A program made the translations under genes and the position numbers. From Octopus sinensis (taxonomy: Eukaryota), in the NCBI RefSeq assembly GCF_006345805.1, contig NW_021823802.1:1-21294 (forward strand): DNA of 21,294 nucleotides, in the 5' to 3' direction. Below are positions 1-10,533 of this stretch, piece after piece; within the stretch, counting starts at the first letter, position 1; each line of letters begins with the position of its first letter. The notes under the pieces were generated by a model, which did not search any database, had not been told where the DNA came from, and saw nothing but the letters and a program-made list of their open reading frames with translations.

Positions 1-106
1 GAAAATGCTCTGGAGTCGACATATCGACTATAATTACTGAAAGCAGTGCCCCAAACGGCTGCAATGCAATAACAGAAACCAGTTCATAAGTAAAAGAACA
101 AAAGAA
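1..106 (+). mobile_element. 3' fragment of SINE family B (cut by window edge)
   Basis: GGAGTCGACATATCGACTA (12-30) resembles GGGGTCGATTCATTCGATTA of the copy at 15801. The tail GTGCCCCA...GAAAC...AAGTAAAAGAACAAAAGAA resembles the 3' end of the LINE at 3116-3173. Confidence 0.6.
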
Positions 107-764
107 TAATGGAATATGAGAACTGCCCCTTTAAAAACTCCCTTTATGTTCTCTTTTCTGTCGCACCACTGAGACCATCAATCAATGTGCCTAAAAATGT
201 CAACCTTTCATTTGAACACTTCTTATCGTCAGGACTTAGTTTCGAGCCTTACCATTGGCTTTATTATCATGGTCTTCCCGTAAACGGCTGTCACAATATT
301 TGTTGCTGTTAAATTCTGAGAACTTCCTACCGTTACATATTGCTCAATCTGAAATGTCGAGTGTCTGGATGCCGCTGTCTTATAGCCATACTAAATGGGT
401 TGTTTTCGCACTGAGGATATGGTTAGTCCTTCGAATGAATAATGCCGTGACAATTTTCCAATTCTTCGTGTCTGCTATTGACTCTGTATATTACCAAAAG
501 CCACGCGTGTGCGACCTTTAATCATGCTGACATTTTTACCATCAATCAGATTAAAAGAGAAAAACGAAGTGCCCCTCACATACAGAACTGAATTTTCCGG
601 CATATAAATCGGATTTTTCAGACAAAAATTCACAGCCAAAAATAAAAGCAAGTCGACTTATATACGAAGAAGATTTTGAAGGCCCAAACACTCCATATGA
701 AATGCAACAGGATTTGGAAATATGGTGACGATATTTGAATGTTTGCACTACACGCTTACACTAC

Positions 765-1074
765 GTGAAGGCACATGGCCTAGTGGTTAGAGCAGCAGAC
801 TCGCGGTCGAGGAATCGCGGGTTCGAATATCAGACCGGGCGATGTGTGTGTTTATGAGCGAAAACACCTAAGCTCCAAGCGGCTCCGGCAGAAGGTAATG
901 GCGAAACTTCTTCTGACTCTTTCGCCACAACTTTCTCTCACTCTTTCCTTCTGCATCTTGCTGCTCACACTGCGATGGACCGGCGTCCCGTCCAGGTGGG
1001 GAACCTATACGCCAAGGAAACCGGGAAACCGGCCCTTATGAACCAGGGATGGCTCGAGAAGAAACAAACAACAA
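765..1074 (+). mobile_element. tRNA-derived SINE, family A, tail type 1
   Basis: A-box TGGCCTAGTGG and B-box GGTTCGAAT. Body shared with the other family A copies up to ACTTTCTCTCACTCTT. Ends in GGCTCGAGAAGAAACAAACAACA. 13-bp TSD ACG(C/T)TTACACTAC at 752-764 and 1075-1087. Confidence 0.85.
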
Positions 1075-1141
1075 ACGTTTACACTACATACTACGTCGAC
1101 TAGTATGTCGGAAAATATGCGTGTATGTGTGTATGTACGTA

Positions 1142-1346
1142 CGAAGGGGTGCTGAAAAGTTCCTGGTTTAAAAGTGTAGCGAAAGACCCAGTTGGGGGCC
1201 CAGCCTTCCGAGTTCTTTTACAGATCTTAGAAAAACTGAAGGACCGTTGCAACATATTCTGAGAGGGGAATATGTTGAATAAAATCTTAACTGATCTTCC
1301 TATATTTTCTTTTATCCAAAGGCAGGAACTTTTCAGCACACCTTCA
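1142..1346. mobile_element. Tc1/mariner-type MITE
   Basis: 24-bp terminal inverted repeats (TIRs) CGAAGGGGTGCTGAAAAGTTCCTG at 1142-1165 and 1323-1346 (2 mismatches), flanked by TA at 1140-1141 and 1347-1348. No coding capacity. Confidence 0.85.
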
Positions 1347-1550
1347 TATTTATGTATGTAAGTATACAGACACTCATTCGAAGGTGGTGACACGCTCCAC
1401 CGGTAGGAGAGCGAATGTGTTCGTTTAGGTGACCGCACACAAGCAAGAAGATTTTTAAATCATCAGCTTCGAATAAATAAGTTATACTGCATGTACTGAG
1501 TACGTTTGACAATCATATGCAAATAAATACTTACACACACACACACATAC

Positions 1551-1581
<31 letters not shown>

Positions 1582-1583
1582 TA

Positions 1584-1762
1584 GATCGTTAGCCACTACA
1601 CACATTTTTTTCTCTCCTTGTTTTTTCTGTATCCCTTTCTGTAGAAGAGCGTAGGCTCGAAACGTAAAAGACTTTTTTCTATTCCTGAGCGTTATACTAA
1701 TACATCTGTTTGTTTTGTACAGTACCTGTCTTCGTCTTTTGTTTTTTTCCGTAAACTCTCCC
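1584..1762 (+). mobile_element. Short pyrimidine-rich repeat embedded in (TA)n, possibly Penelope-like (pseudo-LTR) derived
   Basis: About 180 bp bounded on both sides by (TA)n. Contains a motif laid out like the minimal hammerheads of Penelope-like elements. The family assignment is inference. Confidence 0.45.
1635..1670 (+). ncRNA. Minimal type I hammerhead-ribozyme-like motif (non-canonical core)
   Basis: CTTT-CTGTAGA-A-GAGC-GTAG-GCTC-GAAAC-GTA-AAAG. Stem I is CTTT/AAAG, stem II is GAGC/GCTC with a 4-nt loop, helix III is a loopless AC/GT, and the triplet is GUA. The core reads CUGUAGA instead of CUGAnGA. Confidence 0.4.
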
Positions 1763-1952
1763 TATATATATATATATATATATATATAATAGAAATATTA
1801 AAATTACTAAGTCTCTCTAAAAGAGATCACGGACAGCTTTATTCTTATTTTTATAAGAATGCCATATTAGTATGGCGATAACTAATATATATATATATAT
1901 AATAACTCTCCCATATAATATATATATATATAATATAGTACATATATATATA

Positions 1953-2152
1953 CAGGGTGGCCTAAAAATAGGTTTACAGTTATTCAACTATCTCTTTCGC
2001 ATTCATATATTAACAGTTTAGATATTAATTAGGAAAAAACATGAAGCCTTATTCTATGCTAATCTAGTTAATTGTAAGAGAGAAATTTAGATGTAATAAA
2101 ATGTTCTAAAAAGTGCCTACGTGATAACTGTAAACCTACTTTTGGGCCACCG
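1953..2152. mobile_element. Tc1/mariner-type MITE (second family)
   Basis: About 30-bp TIRs: CAGGGTGGCCTAAAAATAGGTTTACAGTTAT versus the reverse complement of ATAACTGTAAACCTACTTTTGGGCCACCG (2-nt deletion, 2 mismatches). TA at 1951-1952 and 2153-2154. Confidence 0.8.
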
Positions 2153-2205
2153 TATATGTGTGTGAAATGGTGAGGACGAGAAAGGGAGGAAGCGACCGGA
2201 TGAAT

Positions 2206-2264
<59 letters not shown>
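2206..2264. repeat. (GA)n microsatellite
   Basis: Directly visible. Confidence 0.95.
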
Positions 2265-2266
<2 letters not shown>

Positions 2267-2598
2267 AGTTAAAGGCCGGATATATTTACAGTTTATAACC
2301 CGTAAGTGGATCTGCTTTGAAGCATAACGAAGAATACTTTAGAGCTAATAATTGATCCCTATCGTGCGTAATGTGTTACATCATTTGCGACTAATACTCA
2401 TTAGCAGATCTACAACAATCCAGATACTGACAGACAGACAGATAGATGGATGGATATATACGTGTGTGTGTATGCATGTATAGATCTATTTATTACACTA
2501 TCTATACAATATATATTACATAAAACATGCATAATATTTATATATATATATACTATATAAACATATATACTGCATATATAAATGTGTGTGCGCGTACG

Positions 2599-2641
<43 letters not shown>

Positions 2642-2643
<2 letters not shown>

Positions 2644-2934
2644 CACCGTGATCACCGTGACCGACCAGGCTATCAGATGTTGCTACACATCGCTGGTCAC
2701 AATGCGCTTCGCATTGTTTCAACCTTCAAATGACGCCAACCCGCTGGCTAAGCTAGCAGGCCAGCAGAAGAAAGAGTGAGAGAAAGTTGTGGCGAAAGAG
2801 TACAGCAGGGTTCGCCACCACCCCCTGTCGGAGCCACGTGGAGCTTTATGTGTTTTCGCTTAATAAACACTCACAACGCCCGGTCTGGGAAGACCGCGAG
2901 TCCGCTGCCCTAACCAATGGGCCATGCGGCTCCA
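2642..2934 (-). mobile_element. tRNA-derived SINE, family A, tail type 4, B-box deleted
   Basis: Same head and body as the other family A copies, with an ~18-nt deletion at 2891/2892 removing most of the B box. Distinct tail ending in (CACGGTGAT)x2. Sits within (TA)n. Confidence 0.8.
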
Positions 2935-2977
2935 TATATAAATATATATATATTATATATATATACATATATATATA

Positions 2978-3043
<66 letters not shown>

Positions 3044-3048
3044 ATATA

Positions 3049-3082
<34 letters not shown>
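2935..3082. repeat. (TA)n microsatellite
   Basis: Directly visible. Explains the IY-repeat ORFs. Confidence 0.95.
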
Positions 3083-3087
<5 letters not shown>

Positions 3088-3115
3088 ATGCATTTGGTAT
3101 ATATATATTCTTCAA

Positions 3116-4812
3116 TTCTTTTATTCTTTTACTTGTTTCAACCATGCGGCTGCGGTCATACTGGAGCACCACCATGGTCTAGCTGATTTCCTCAGCTCCT
3201 GTATGTGTCTTTGCCCCAACTGCTGCCCATTTGGTGTACAAGAGAGTTTGATTCCACTCCCCTCGTCTATGCTTTATGTCAGGCTGTTTGTTCATCCGGT
3301 ATTGTGGAGAGGAGGATGTTTAGTTTTCAGGACATCTACTTCCTCCGTATGCACATTTCTTAATTTTTGTGTCAGGGCATTGAAGAGCTATGGACCTTTG
3401 AACCCCAAACTATTGCAGTACCTGGTCCTGCATTTAGATGAAGTGGATGGTACCATAGGTACAATACAATGGCGGCCAGTTCTGGCAATTGTATAACACT
3501 CAATGCCAAAATTAGGTACTAGCCCTTCAAGGGTTTTCCCTATGTAGATTATTACATATTTGTCGAGCCCTCGCTCCAGGGTGTAAGGCTGCAGTTTTCT
3601 CAGTCTCCCCTGTAGCTCATCTGCTGCATTGTTCCAATCATTTTAGTGTAGAGGCGTTGGACTGCCCAAGCTCCGCTGTTAGTTTGACACTGTGATGACC
3701 ATAACTGGGAGCAGTAGTCCAGGCGGCTGAAAACAAAGGTTATCCACAGGGTCAGCATAATTTCTTTGTCTCTTGTCTTGAAGGACCTCAGTATCCACCC
3801 TTCCAGTTGTCTGAACTTTGTTGTCATCTTGGTAATGTGTATATAAAATGATGCGTCATTGCACATACTGCTCCCCAAGTCTTTCACTGCCTCTAACTCT
3901 GGGATTGTAGTGCTTTCGGGTCCTGTATATGCAGGCTGTAGTGCATTCATGAGTAGATTGTGCAGTGCTTGAAATTTTCCAGCATTAAACTGTATCCGAC
4001 CCACTTGTATATCGAATTCGAGTCCCGCTATAAGCTTGCGACGTCATCTTGATGTTTTTTTATTGCCTGCGATAATTTTGTATTATCGGCATAGCTAGTG
4101 ACAGTGGCTGTCCGAGTAACCGTAGGCATGTCTAAGAGGGCTATTATGAACATAATGGCCCCAGAACAGTTTCCTGTGGGTGGGGATGCCCCTAAGGATT
4201 TGAGTTTCCTCAGAAAGAGCAACATTGGCTGCAACATTCTGACTTCTATCTTTAATGAAGTCATGCAACAACTCTCCCAGTTTACTAGCAATTCCAAGGC
4301 CTCAAAGCTTATGACATATCATGCTGTAATCTACCTTATCAGATGCCTGATATCTGAATGGCCAAGCAGTTGTTTTAAAACCCAGATTCTTCCTGGACGA
4401 AATCCGTGCTGTGTATTGTTCAGCAGGTCATTCTCTTCTAGGAATATTGAGGCCAGACTATCAAAAACTAAAAATTGGCTTGTAGTTTTTGGCCTCTGCT
4501 CTGCTTCCACTTTTGTGAATAGAGCGTATAATGTTTTCTTATAGCTTTTTATGAAGTTTACCACTTGCAAGGAAACTTTGGAAGAGCATCTGAAGTGGTT
4601 TCGTAACATGATTACATAACTTAGGACCAGTTGCGGAGCTTGATCTCATTTCCTCTATGGCCGCTGTCAAATCTGTAATCGATGGTTGGCGCCTCTTTTT
4701 TTAGAGCAGAAGTATTTAAGAATTCAGCCGGGTTTTTTATCTGCATGTGTCCAAGAGGGGAAGAGATGACACTTCAAATTGTTCACTAAGTATCACACTT
4801 ATCCTTCCTGGG
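3116..4812 (-). mobile_element. 5'-truncated, decayed CR1-like LINE (RT region to 3' UTR)
   Basis: Minus-strand frames give ILSEQFESV, QHGFRPGR, TSYADNTKL (decayed YADD), VKDLG, WILRSFKTRD, SRLDYCSQLWS and VQR. These are typical CR1/L2-group RT and post-RT motifs. The 3' end is AAACAAGTAAAAGAATAAAAGAA. Confidence 0.85.
3600..4609 (-). pseudogene. Frameshifted non-LTR reverse transcriptase remnant
   Basis: ORF-track pieces 4331-4609, 4028-4297 and 3600-4004 are collinear RT segments broken by stops and frameshifts. The catalytic YADD reads YADN. Confidence 0.85.
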
Positions 4813-4840
4813 TATATATGTATATATATTTTTATTTATA

Positions 4841-5133
4841 CGCCCTTTTCTAGCCTAGTCAGTCTCATGGGCCCGGTTTCCCGGTTTCTATGGCGTATGT
4901 ATCCCCCCCCCCGGCTGGACGGGACGCCAGTCGTCGCAGCGTTACTCAAGAAACAGGAAGAAAGAGTGAGAGAAAGTTGGGGCGAAAGAGTACAACAGGG
5001 GTCGTCACCACCCCCTGCCGGAGCCTCGTAGAGATTTGGGTGTTTTCGCTCAATAAACAAACACAACGCCCGGTCTGAGAATCGAAACTGCGATCCTCCG
5101 ACCGCGAGTCCGCTGCCCTAACCACTGGGCCAT
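4841..5133 (-). mobile_element. tRNA-derived SINE, family A, tail type 2
   Basis: Same head and body. Shares CTGGCGTCCCGTCCAG...GAAACCGGGAAACCGG with the 765 copy but ends in GGCTAGAAAAGGGCG. Confidence 0.85.
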
Positions 5134-5146
5134 ATACATACACATG

Positions 5147-5219
<73 letters not shown>

Positions 5220-5239
5220 ATATATATGTATATATATAC

Positions 5240-5308
<69 letters not shown>

Positions 5309-5319
5309 CTGTACATTAG

Positions 5320-5358
<39 letters not shown>

Positions 5359-5372
5359 TGTACATTATATAA
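5134..5372. repeat. Compound (TA)n/(TG)n microsatellite
   Basis: Directly visible. Confidence 0.9.
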
Positions 5373-5480
5373 TATGCGTTTTAGATATATATTGTTTATA
5401 ATATTCATATTACATATATAATATATATATAATACATATTATACAAATATGTACGTATATGCGTTTGTGTATATGTTTGC

Positions 5481-5589
<109 letters not shown>

Positions 5590-5799
5590 AACAAATTAAT
5601 GCGAGAACAAACTTCGTTCTAATTGCACCAATAAAGATGAGTTGCAGTTCGGGCGAAGCGCTGATCCTTCGCTTGTTACATCCGCTTCGTTTCTCTTGCG
5701 TGAGCATATACCATTAACTGTTTCACCTCATACACTAGCAATTATTTCATATGATTTACGTAGTGTAACGTTATGTACACACATACACACACACACACA

Positions 5800-5800
5800 G

Positions 5801-5858
<58 letters not shown>
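5800..5858. repeat. (CT)n microsatellite
   Basis: Directly visible. Confidence 0.95.
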
Positions 5859-5860
<2 letters not shown>

Positions 5861-5937
5861 TCATATACACACACTTACACGGAAAGGATTATATAATTAT
5901 GAACGTCTGGATTTCAATTATACTGTATGGTAGTTCA

Positions 5938-6321
5938 GTGGAGGCGCAATGGCCCAGTGGTTAGGGCAGCGGACTCGCGGTCATAGAATCGCGGTTTCGA
6001 TTCCCAGACCGGGCGTTGTGAGTGTTTATTGAGCGAAAACATCCTAAAGCTCCACGACGTTCCGGCAGGGGGTTGTGGTGATCCCTGCTGTACTCTTTCA
6101 CCACAACTTTCTCTCACTCTTACTTTCTGTTTCTGTTGTACCTGTATTTCAAAGGGCCGGTCTTGTCACTCTCTGTGTCACGCTGAATATCCTCGAGAAC
6201 TACGTTATGAGTACACGTGTCTGTGGAGTGCTCAGCCACTTACACGTTAATTTCACGAGCAGGCTGTTCCGTTGATCGGATCAACCGGAACCCTCGTCGT
6301 CGTAACCGACGTAGTGCTTCC
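5938..6321 (+). mobile_element. tRNA-derived SINE, family A, tail type 3 (full length)
   Basis: A-box TGGCCCAGTGG and B-box GTTTCGATTCC. Long tail with hairpin GTTCCGTTGAT-CGG-ATCAACCGGAAC (6266-6291). Likely TSD ATGGTAGTTCA at 5927-5937 and 6324-6334. Confidence 0.9.
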
Positions 6322-6651
6322 TAATGGTAGTTCAATTATACTGTATGGTACTGTATCTAATTATGAGCGTCTGAATTTCAATTATACTGTATGCAGTATA
6401 TCAGGCTCTTCCTACGTGTTACAAGTCTCTCGAAGTCGTAGCTGTAAATTTGCTGGATGATTGGCATTTCACGATGAAGTTCAGCCCTCTTCATAGATTT
6501 AATCTGCATCATAAACACAGATCGTTGATATTTGGATTATGTACCAACACCATCAAAGAAATTTTTACGAAAACCGCTCACAAAAATAGACCAGTATATG
6601 AGAGGGAACGCCTTTGTCTACGACACTAATACGCGTACTTCTAAAAACTTC

Positions 6652-7105
6652 GGATCTTTTCGGTTTGAACGGCAGTTTATTCTAGCGGTGTCATATGAAA
6701 TTGTCACCCATAATTATGACCCTAGTATCGATCTATTGCATTTCAATCTGTTTTAGTGTTAGGGTTAGTTAGGGTTAGTTAGGGTTAGAGTTAGGGCTAG
6801 GGTTAGGGGTGGGGGGAAGGGTATCTTTTTTCTTTACAAATGTAAATAAACCCAATCTGTTTCTTAAACGAGGGACATATCATACGGCACAGAATATTTT
6901 CCCCTCAATAGACGTCATTGATTGGTTGAAATTTCAAAAATTGAAGAAAAACAACAATAAATATCTTACAAACTATAGAATTTTCTCAATAAAGCCAAGA
7001 GAAAAAGATGTTTTATAAACACATTCTACCAGTATACGAAGATTAAAAGTGTTTAGTTACGTGGAAATTATTTTTAAAAAACTGCCGTTCAAACCGAAAA
7101 GATCC
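6652..7105. mobile_element. MITE with 8-bp TSD and GG termini (Merlin-like), carrying TTAGGG repeats
   Basis: Perfect 27-bp TIR GGATCTTTTCGGTTTGAACGGCAGTTT. Perfect TSD AAAACTTC at 6644-6651 and 7106-7113. A second copy lies at 19291. The superfamily call is inference from the GG ends plus 8-bp TSD. Confidence 0.85.
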
Positions 7106-8310
7106 AAAACTTCTACAACTTAAAAACAAGAACCAGTTCTTACAACAACTAAGGTCTCTAGGGTTAGTTAACCATTTATAATACAAAAATCATTCTGATT
7201 TTAATGAGGTTGAAAGCAGTACAAATTCGTTTATATATTCTGAGAAAATTAATAATGTAAATGAAATAGACCCTATCAAATATTAGAAAGCTTTTAACGA
7301 TAATATCTTTAATTTTTTTTTTAAAGTCAACTTCTCAATCTTCCAATGACAATAATTGAGAAGTTAAATATATAATGAATGAGATTAGATAAAAGGATTA
7401 AATGCCGACGTAAACGAGAAACTGTTATCACATCCAAGGATCACAGATACGATTTTGATATCAACCCTAAATTGGATTCATAAACCAAGCCAAAATAGAA
7501 GATGAGTTTAATATCAATCCTAGATTTAGACTTACAAATATAACTGGAATATCAGCAGAGTTCATCACTGAAAAGATTTCAAGCAAGATTAATGAGAAAA
7601 TTGAAAATGGTGATTTTACGATAATGGATTAATAGTGACGGTGTTCAAGCTCATTAAATATAACGTAACTCTAGGTTTACCCAGCTAAAAATTGTAGGTG
7701 TCTATTCATGTATGACTCCTTCTTTCGTCCATAAGATATAAAATTATACAAAAAGGTAAGTGGAAAATTAGAGAGAAAAGTCTTATATTAATGGAACAAA
7801 AGAGATGCACTTTATGCACCGTAGCGAATGCTACGATATTGCAATATACAAAAGCCTCTGATTCTCAGACTATCTGAAAACCAGAACATTTCGGACATTG
7901 TAGGCATTTCTCCAAATTTCTATTGAAGTTCTGGCATCTCACTAATCCTTCTCAGTTATTACTTATTCTGTATCTCCCCCGCCAACTAACTCATTGCTAC
8001 TCCTTTCGTGTGTCTCGTGTCATTTGTTAAATCTATCAGCTCTTTCTTTGTTTTGCGTAGAACTTTGATTGCAAAATTCAGCTTCACCTTCTGGTCATCT
8101 CCTGGAGATAAGGAAGAGGTGCTCACCTTCGAAACTTTCAGAGCCGCGTCTAGTGTTTCTTCCCCCACCCAACCACCTTTCTTTTAACAGATTTCTCCCC
8201 TCTTCTAGGAAGAAAGCGTTTAAATGATTTTTAATATGACGTCTAGCAACATGACATTCCACTATGAACGACCAGTCGTAAGACATTTCATGCCAGATCA
8301 TTTTATGATT

Positions 8311-8702
8311 AAGGCGGTGAGCTGGCAGAAACGTTAGCACGCCGGGTGAAATGCTGAGCGGTATTTCGTCTGCCGTTACGTTCTGAGTTCAAATTCCGCC
8401 GAGGACGACTTTATCTTTCATCCTTTCGGGGGTTGATAAATTAAGTATTAGTGAAGAAATAGGGTCGATATAATCGACTTAATCTGTTTGTCTGTCCTTG
8501 TTTGTTCTGTGTTTAGCCCCTTGTGGGTAATAAAGAAATAGGTATTTCTTCTGTCTTCACGCTCTGAGTTCAAATACCGTCGAGGTCAACTTTGCCTTTC
8601 ATCCTTTCGAGATCGATAAATTAAGTACCAGTTGCATACTGGGGTCGATCTAATCGACTGGCCCACTCCCCCAAATTTCGGGCCTTGTGCCTAGAGTAAA
8701 AA
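8311..8702 (+). mobile_element. SINE family C, dimer (head + 2 units)
   Basis: Head AAGGCGGTGAGCTGGCAGAAACGTTAG and B-box GTTCAAATTCC (8387-8397). Units start GGTATTTC at 8360 and 8541. 16-bp TSD AGATCATTTTATGATT at 8295-8310 and 8703-8718. Confidence 0.9.
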
Positions 8703-9851
8703 AGATCATTTTATGATTTTGTAGGATCACAAGAACTTGCATGTCCATTGTAGCCGCACGGAACGAAATAATGCCAAAAGATCACAAGACCATCGACCAA
8801 CATCCCAAATTGAGTTACGAAAATACCCAAGAGCTGGGGTCAACACCGTTACCTATATATTATATTTTTAACGGTAACCCTCGTGTTTTTATCCGAAAAA
8901 CTGTCGAGTTATTCTCTGGGCAGGTTTGTGACGAACTGACTCAGAGTATCTGTTTCAAAAATAACATATATTTGTGATTAATGCTTTTCTTCTCTCTGTG
9001 TAGCAGGCCTCGTTCTATCTGTCAGTGAGGATTTCCCCAAAAGATTTTTTTCATGAATACAAGGAATGTCCCAGCAGTTTCTTTCATTTGTGCGTAAAAT
9101 ACACCTACTTTCGTTTTCAAATATTGCTAGCATGCATGCTGTCATTCTTTCATCTAAAATCTTCGTGCTTTTAACTCGACTGTTGGAAGTAGTTTGCAAA
9201 AGGTTGAAATTGCTCTTTCATTCAAATTTATATCGTTACTTTTATTTAACAAAGTTTGTGTGTAGGTGGGGGTTGTTGTTGTTGCTGCTGATGCTGTTGT
9301 TGTAACTACTGTTATCGTTTTGTTTCCCTTTTCGCTTCGGTTGTTTAAATCAATATTATTATTATTATTATTGTTATTTGCCACAATGTTATTTATTTTC
9401 TCCGCGTGGGTCTGTTTGTTCTGTGTTATAAGCCTTCATGTTTTATGTTTTCTGTTTCTTTTTAAATTATTCAAACGTTCTTTTGCTTTTCACGATCGTT
9501 TGACTGGAGGGCGTACTTGTTTATATTAGTAAAAGCCATTACTGCGGCGAGCACCTCTTCCGCTGCTACGCGCATGCTTGAGAACAGATAAGCGAAGGAA
9601 ATTTAAAGCGTCGGAAATGTCGTTTGACGAAACATGGCAAGAAAAGACGACATTTTCTTGCTTCTCTTTGTGATACTCCCACGCGTTACGACACATAGAT
9701 AATAATCAGATTTTTCAAAAACAAATAGACAGAATCTAATCCATAAACAGAAAAACAAGTAAACACGTTTTTCAAGAAGAAGACGATAAGGAAGAACCAT
9801 TTTTACAATGGCCCTCATGACCATTGTAGAAAGGATTCTTATGAAAGTTTG

Positions 9852-9917
9852 AGAGAAGGAATAAGTCGATTACATCAATCCACCGCTTGACTGGTTCTTA
9901 TTTTATTGACCCCGAAG
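9852..9917 (-). mobile_element. Diverged SINE family C fragment
   Basis: AAGTCGATTACATCAA...CTGGTTCTTATTTTATTGACCCCGAA matches the unit core in antisense. Confidence 0.6.
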
Positions 9918-9950
9918 GCGAGAAATGGAAGAAAATTTGAAGAAAGAAGG

Positions 9951-9996
<46 letters not shown>
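9951..9996. repeat. (TAA)n microsatellite
   Basis: Directly visible. Confidence 0.95.
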
Positions 9997-9997
<1 letters not shown>

Positions 9998-10502
9998 TGA
10001 TTGGAAGTGTTATCATGTACATTGTTTTGTCTTGGTATAAAAGATGGGCTACAGTAAATATTCTGCTCAATACCACAGATTTGCTTGTCAGTTGTTTGAC
10101 CTTAACCAGTTGAGCATGTCCCTTAGTGGCTGACGATATGTGCATCTCCGATCACGAGCAGAAGTAGTGGGGGGAGCATCATAGCCATGTGTTGAGAAGG
10201 ATTCTTTGGGGTTTGAATAATTCACCTCTGGAAACATGGGTGTTTCGTTCAACGTCCTTAAACAACCCTATTCAGGGACCTTTTGAGCGGGATGGGTACT
10301 CGATCTGAAGAAAATTCTAACTGGGCTCCACCTGCAAGGTCATGTGCTGTTTATCTTGATATGAGATCACCATGTCGCGCATATATGGTTGTGATGCATG
10401 TGCCTGGTGTACCCTTATCAGACGGGTAGTTATGATGGGTATACTGGGCTTCGTATATTTTACCCCAGTGTCACTTTGATGGCATGAACTGCTCGCTCAC
10501 TC
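9997..10502. mobile_element. Unclassified ~505-bp element bounded by (TAA)n on both sides
   Basis: Complex, higher-GC, apparently non-coding block with sharp edges at TAA tracts. No TIR or Pol III box found. Mobile status is inferred. Confidence 0.45.

Positions 10503-10533
<31 letters not shown>

Noticed and set aside
226-248. Minus strand reads CTC-GAAAC-TAA-GTC-CTGACGA, i.e. all hammerhead core words in type II order
   Set aside because: There are no nucleotides for stem I between GTC and CUGACGA, and the base after the core cannot pair with the C before GAAA. Probably chance.
109-748. Non-repetitive stretch with several short ORFs as a host exon
   Set aside because: All frames are interrupted and I recognise no protein family.
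765-850. tRNA-like heads of the SINEs as real tRNA genes
   Set aside because: No complete acceptor stem or terminator, and each head continues into a repeated SINE body with TSDs.
4012-4038. Close EcoRI and HindIII sites (GAATTCGAG...AAGCTT) resembling a polylinker
   Set aside because: Does not match pUC polylinker order and reads as part of the LINE RT frame (SL*RDSNSIYKW).
6759-6808. TTAGGG tract as a true telomere or chromosome-fusion scar
   Set aside because: It is short, internal to a TIR/TSD-bounded element, and repeated in the second copy of that element.
7986-8290. Minus-strand short ORFs (EETLDAALKVSK...) as a LINE or gene fragment
   Set aside because: No diagnostic motif recognised.
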